A stretch of DNA of 64,000 bases from positions 11,146-75,145 of the forward strand of contig DAHWNL010000051.1 of NCBI GenBank assembly GCA_027339965.1. The letters run 5' to 3'. Both the position numbers and the translations under genes were made by a program. Under the pieces are notes generated by a model, which had not been told where the DNA came from, searched no databases, and saw only the letters and a list, made by a program, of their open reading frames with translations. Positions 61,977 to 64,000 of this stretch are shown here, piece after piece. Source of the DNA: Granulicella sp. Its GTDB lineage: Bacteria; Acidobacteriota; Terriglobia; Terriglobales; Acidobacteriaceae. Within the stretch, counting starts at the first letter, position 1. Every line of letters begins with the position of its first letter.

Positions 61977-63011
61977 TCACCAGCGGAACCCAATCGTCAC
62001 CGGGATGTAGGTCGTGCGATCGCTGTTGGCGGGGAAGAAGTTGGTGGTGGTGCTGGTGACGGTTGCCAGACTTGCCGGGGTATTCACAATGCCAGCGCGG
62101 AACCGATTGTCGATATAGACATACTTGGCTTCCATATAAAGCTTCATATGGGAGTCTGATGCCAGCCGGAACGCGAAGCCCAAGCCGCCATCATAGCCAG
62201 GAGCATTGGAGGTGTACTGATCTAGATTGAAGGTGGCGCAATAGAAATCGCAGGGGCCGGCCGGCAAGGTAAAGTCCGTTACCTTGTGATAGAAGCCGGC
62301 TCCAACCTTGATGTAGGTCTCCATGGTATCGCCATCGTGCAGGCTCAGCGTAGGCTGCACGGAGAAGGACCAGATGTGGTTGTTACCGTTCAACAGATAC
62401 TTCACCGAGTCGTTGCCAAAGATGTAGTCGTAAATGGCTATCTGATTGTCGAGCGCAGTCTGGGTGATTCCAAACTCATCCCAGTCGAACTCAAAGGGAA
62501 GGGCTAGATGACGGTTGAAGCGAGGTCCAATGCCTGTCTGGAAGCTGAAGTTCGGGGTCAAATACTGGGCGGTATTCTTCATCGGCATGGTTGCGCCGCC
62601 GCCGATATAGAAGATGGCCTTCAGCGATCCGTCTACGTTGGAACCGTTCGGGCGATATTCTGCCCTTCCGTACTGAGGCTCCCAACCACCATACTGCGCC
62701 CCGGCAGCCGGCAGCGGGGCGCTGCCATTCGGTTGGGCGGGCATCGCCAACTCCGCTGTCTGCTCATCTGAGCTGGTAGAAAACATCTGTTCGTCGGCAG
62801 GAACCTGAAAGTTGAACTCTGCTGCGGCCTGCACAGGGTATGACTTCATGCTCTCCGCCTGCCCTTGACCTTGTGTGGGAGCCTGAGCTTGCGTTGCGGA
62901 GATCCCTGGACAAATGAGTGCGATGACGGCGACCGCTTGCAGCGTCAGCCGAGCGAAACCTGCCCGGTGCGGGCTCTGTGCTTCTTCTGAAGAACCAATC
63001 AATGTCCACAT
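61977..63011 (-). CDS. Outer-membrane beta-barrel protein
   Basis: Signal-like N-terminus, alternating beta strands, C-terminal YIPVTIGFRW. Confidence 0.7.
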   Translation of the reverse strand: MWTLIGSSEEAQSPHRAGFARLTLQAVAVIALICPGISATQAQAPTQGQGQAESMKSYPVQAAAEFNFQVPADEQMFSTSSDEQTAELAMPAQPNGSAPLPAAGAQYGGWEPQYGRAEYRPNGSNVDGSLKAIFYIGGGATMPMKNTAQYLTPNFSFQTGIGPRFNRHLALPFEFDWDEFGITQTALDNQIAIYDYIFGNDSVKYLLNGNNHIWSFSVQPTLSLHDGDTMETYIKVGAGFYHKVTDFTLPAGPCDFYCATFNLDQYTSNAPGYDGGLGFAFRLASDSHMKLYMEAKYVYIDNRFRAGIVNTPASLATVTSTTTNFFPANSDRTTYIPVTIGFRW

Positions 63012-63525
63012 AACCGGTACCCCTGTCAGTCATTGAGATGTTCCATATGCTTGCGAAGGATGCCATTGCAAGACACCGTCCGCAGGCGCCATCTTGCGGA
63101 GGAACTCTCCAGATTCCCGTGCCCGACGAGCTGCCACGTCCACTCATTAAGACGTGGAAAGACGGGAGCCCGGTGTACAGCTCTACCGCACCTCCCCCTA
63201 AGAACCCTTCAACGTAACGATAGTTTCGGCGCCTGATCGGTCAGCCGTTGCGGACTGGAAGCGCCTGCCGCGGCTGCGATCTCCGAAATGAAATCTGGCG
63301 GGGCGACCTGACCCACAGTCAGCATCGGTGCGCGGAGCGGAGAGCCAGACTGACTCCCAGAGAATGCATGATCTTCCAACTTTGGGGGACTCCCGTGAAC
63401 TACCTCCGTAGCGCTCCAGTCTCCGTTTGGAGCGTCGCGCATCGACGCAAAGGGCGCGCCTGACAGGCACGCCCTCAAAGAAGATCCGTGTTTTGCAAGC
63501 TGCTACAACGAAGGCTCCGCCCTGG

Positions 63526-64000
63526 CTACCAGCGGAATCCGACCGTCACCGGAAAGTACATTGTGCTTTCGGCGTCGGCCGGAAAAAAATCGATGCTGCT
63601 GGCGCTGTTGTACGGATAAAACGTATTGATATTGGTGTTGATCGACGCCAGGCTCGCCGGTGTGTTCACCACGCTGTTGTGGTTGCGGTGATCGATGTAA
63701 ATGAACCGTCCTTCCACATAAAGCTTCAGCTTGGAAGGAGGCTTGATCTTGAACAAGGATGGAGCCTTGAAGGCCATACCGAGACCGCCATCATATCCAG
63801 GAGCATTGATCCTGAAGTAGCGAAAGTCGTAAGGAGGACAGGTGAAGGTGCAGGAGCTTACCGGCAGGATGAAGCTCGCCGACTTGAAGTAAAGACCCGC
63901 TCCGGCCTTGGCATAGACTTCCATGGTGGAGCTGGAATGGAGGATAAACTGGGGCTGCAGCGAAAAGGACCAGATCAGGCTACCTCCATCCATACGATTC
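63526..64000 (-). CDS. Outer-membrane beta-barrel paralog (5' truncated by window)
   Basis: Shares IWSFS.QP, NAPGYDGGLG, VNTPASLA and PVTVGFRW with the neighbouring gene. Confidence 0.7.
   Translation of the reverse strand, partial: NRMDGGSLIWSFSLQPQFILHSSSTMEVYAKAGAGLYFKSASFILPVSSCTFTCPPYDFRYFRINAPGYDGGLGMAFKAPSLFKIKPPSKLKLYVEGRFIYIDHRNHNSVVNTPASLASINTNINTFYPYNSASSIDFFPADAESTMYFPVTVGFRW

Overview
GC-rich bacterial chromosomal window; gene content and protein styles suggest an Acidobacteriaceae-like organism (inference). The first ~31 kb is mostly housekeeping: a partial ArnT-like glycosyltransferase, hpnI, two MacB-type permeases, RNase P RNA, a GH78 rhamnosidase, rrf2-iscS-iscU-iscA, an SDR, an S9 peptidase, a large lipoprotein, dnaB, a class V aminotransferase, YqeY, a Tat amidase and an RND efflux operon. 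The ~31.6-52.3 kb segment is the most interesting. Two nitrosative-stress gene groups (Crp/Fnr regulator, lone PAS protein, nnrS, SPASM radical SAM, hemerythrin; and hcp/ric with two CRP/HcpR-type boxes) bracket an nrdAB operon. Its NrdB carries the class Ic (Mn/Fe, tyrosyl-radical-free) signature, and its leader holds a cobalamin riboswitch plus NrdR boxes. tRNA-Ser(GCT) lies next to it. Four copies of an unannotated ~115-bp TA-flanked palindromic element (MITE-like) occur only in the right half, and two of them form an inverted pair around a two-gene cargo. The end of the window has a CAAX protease, penicillin acylase, ispA, a DUF59-like protein, a methyltransferase and two paralogous outer-membrane beta-barrels. 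All calls come from reading motifs; no database search was run.
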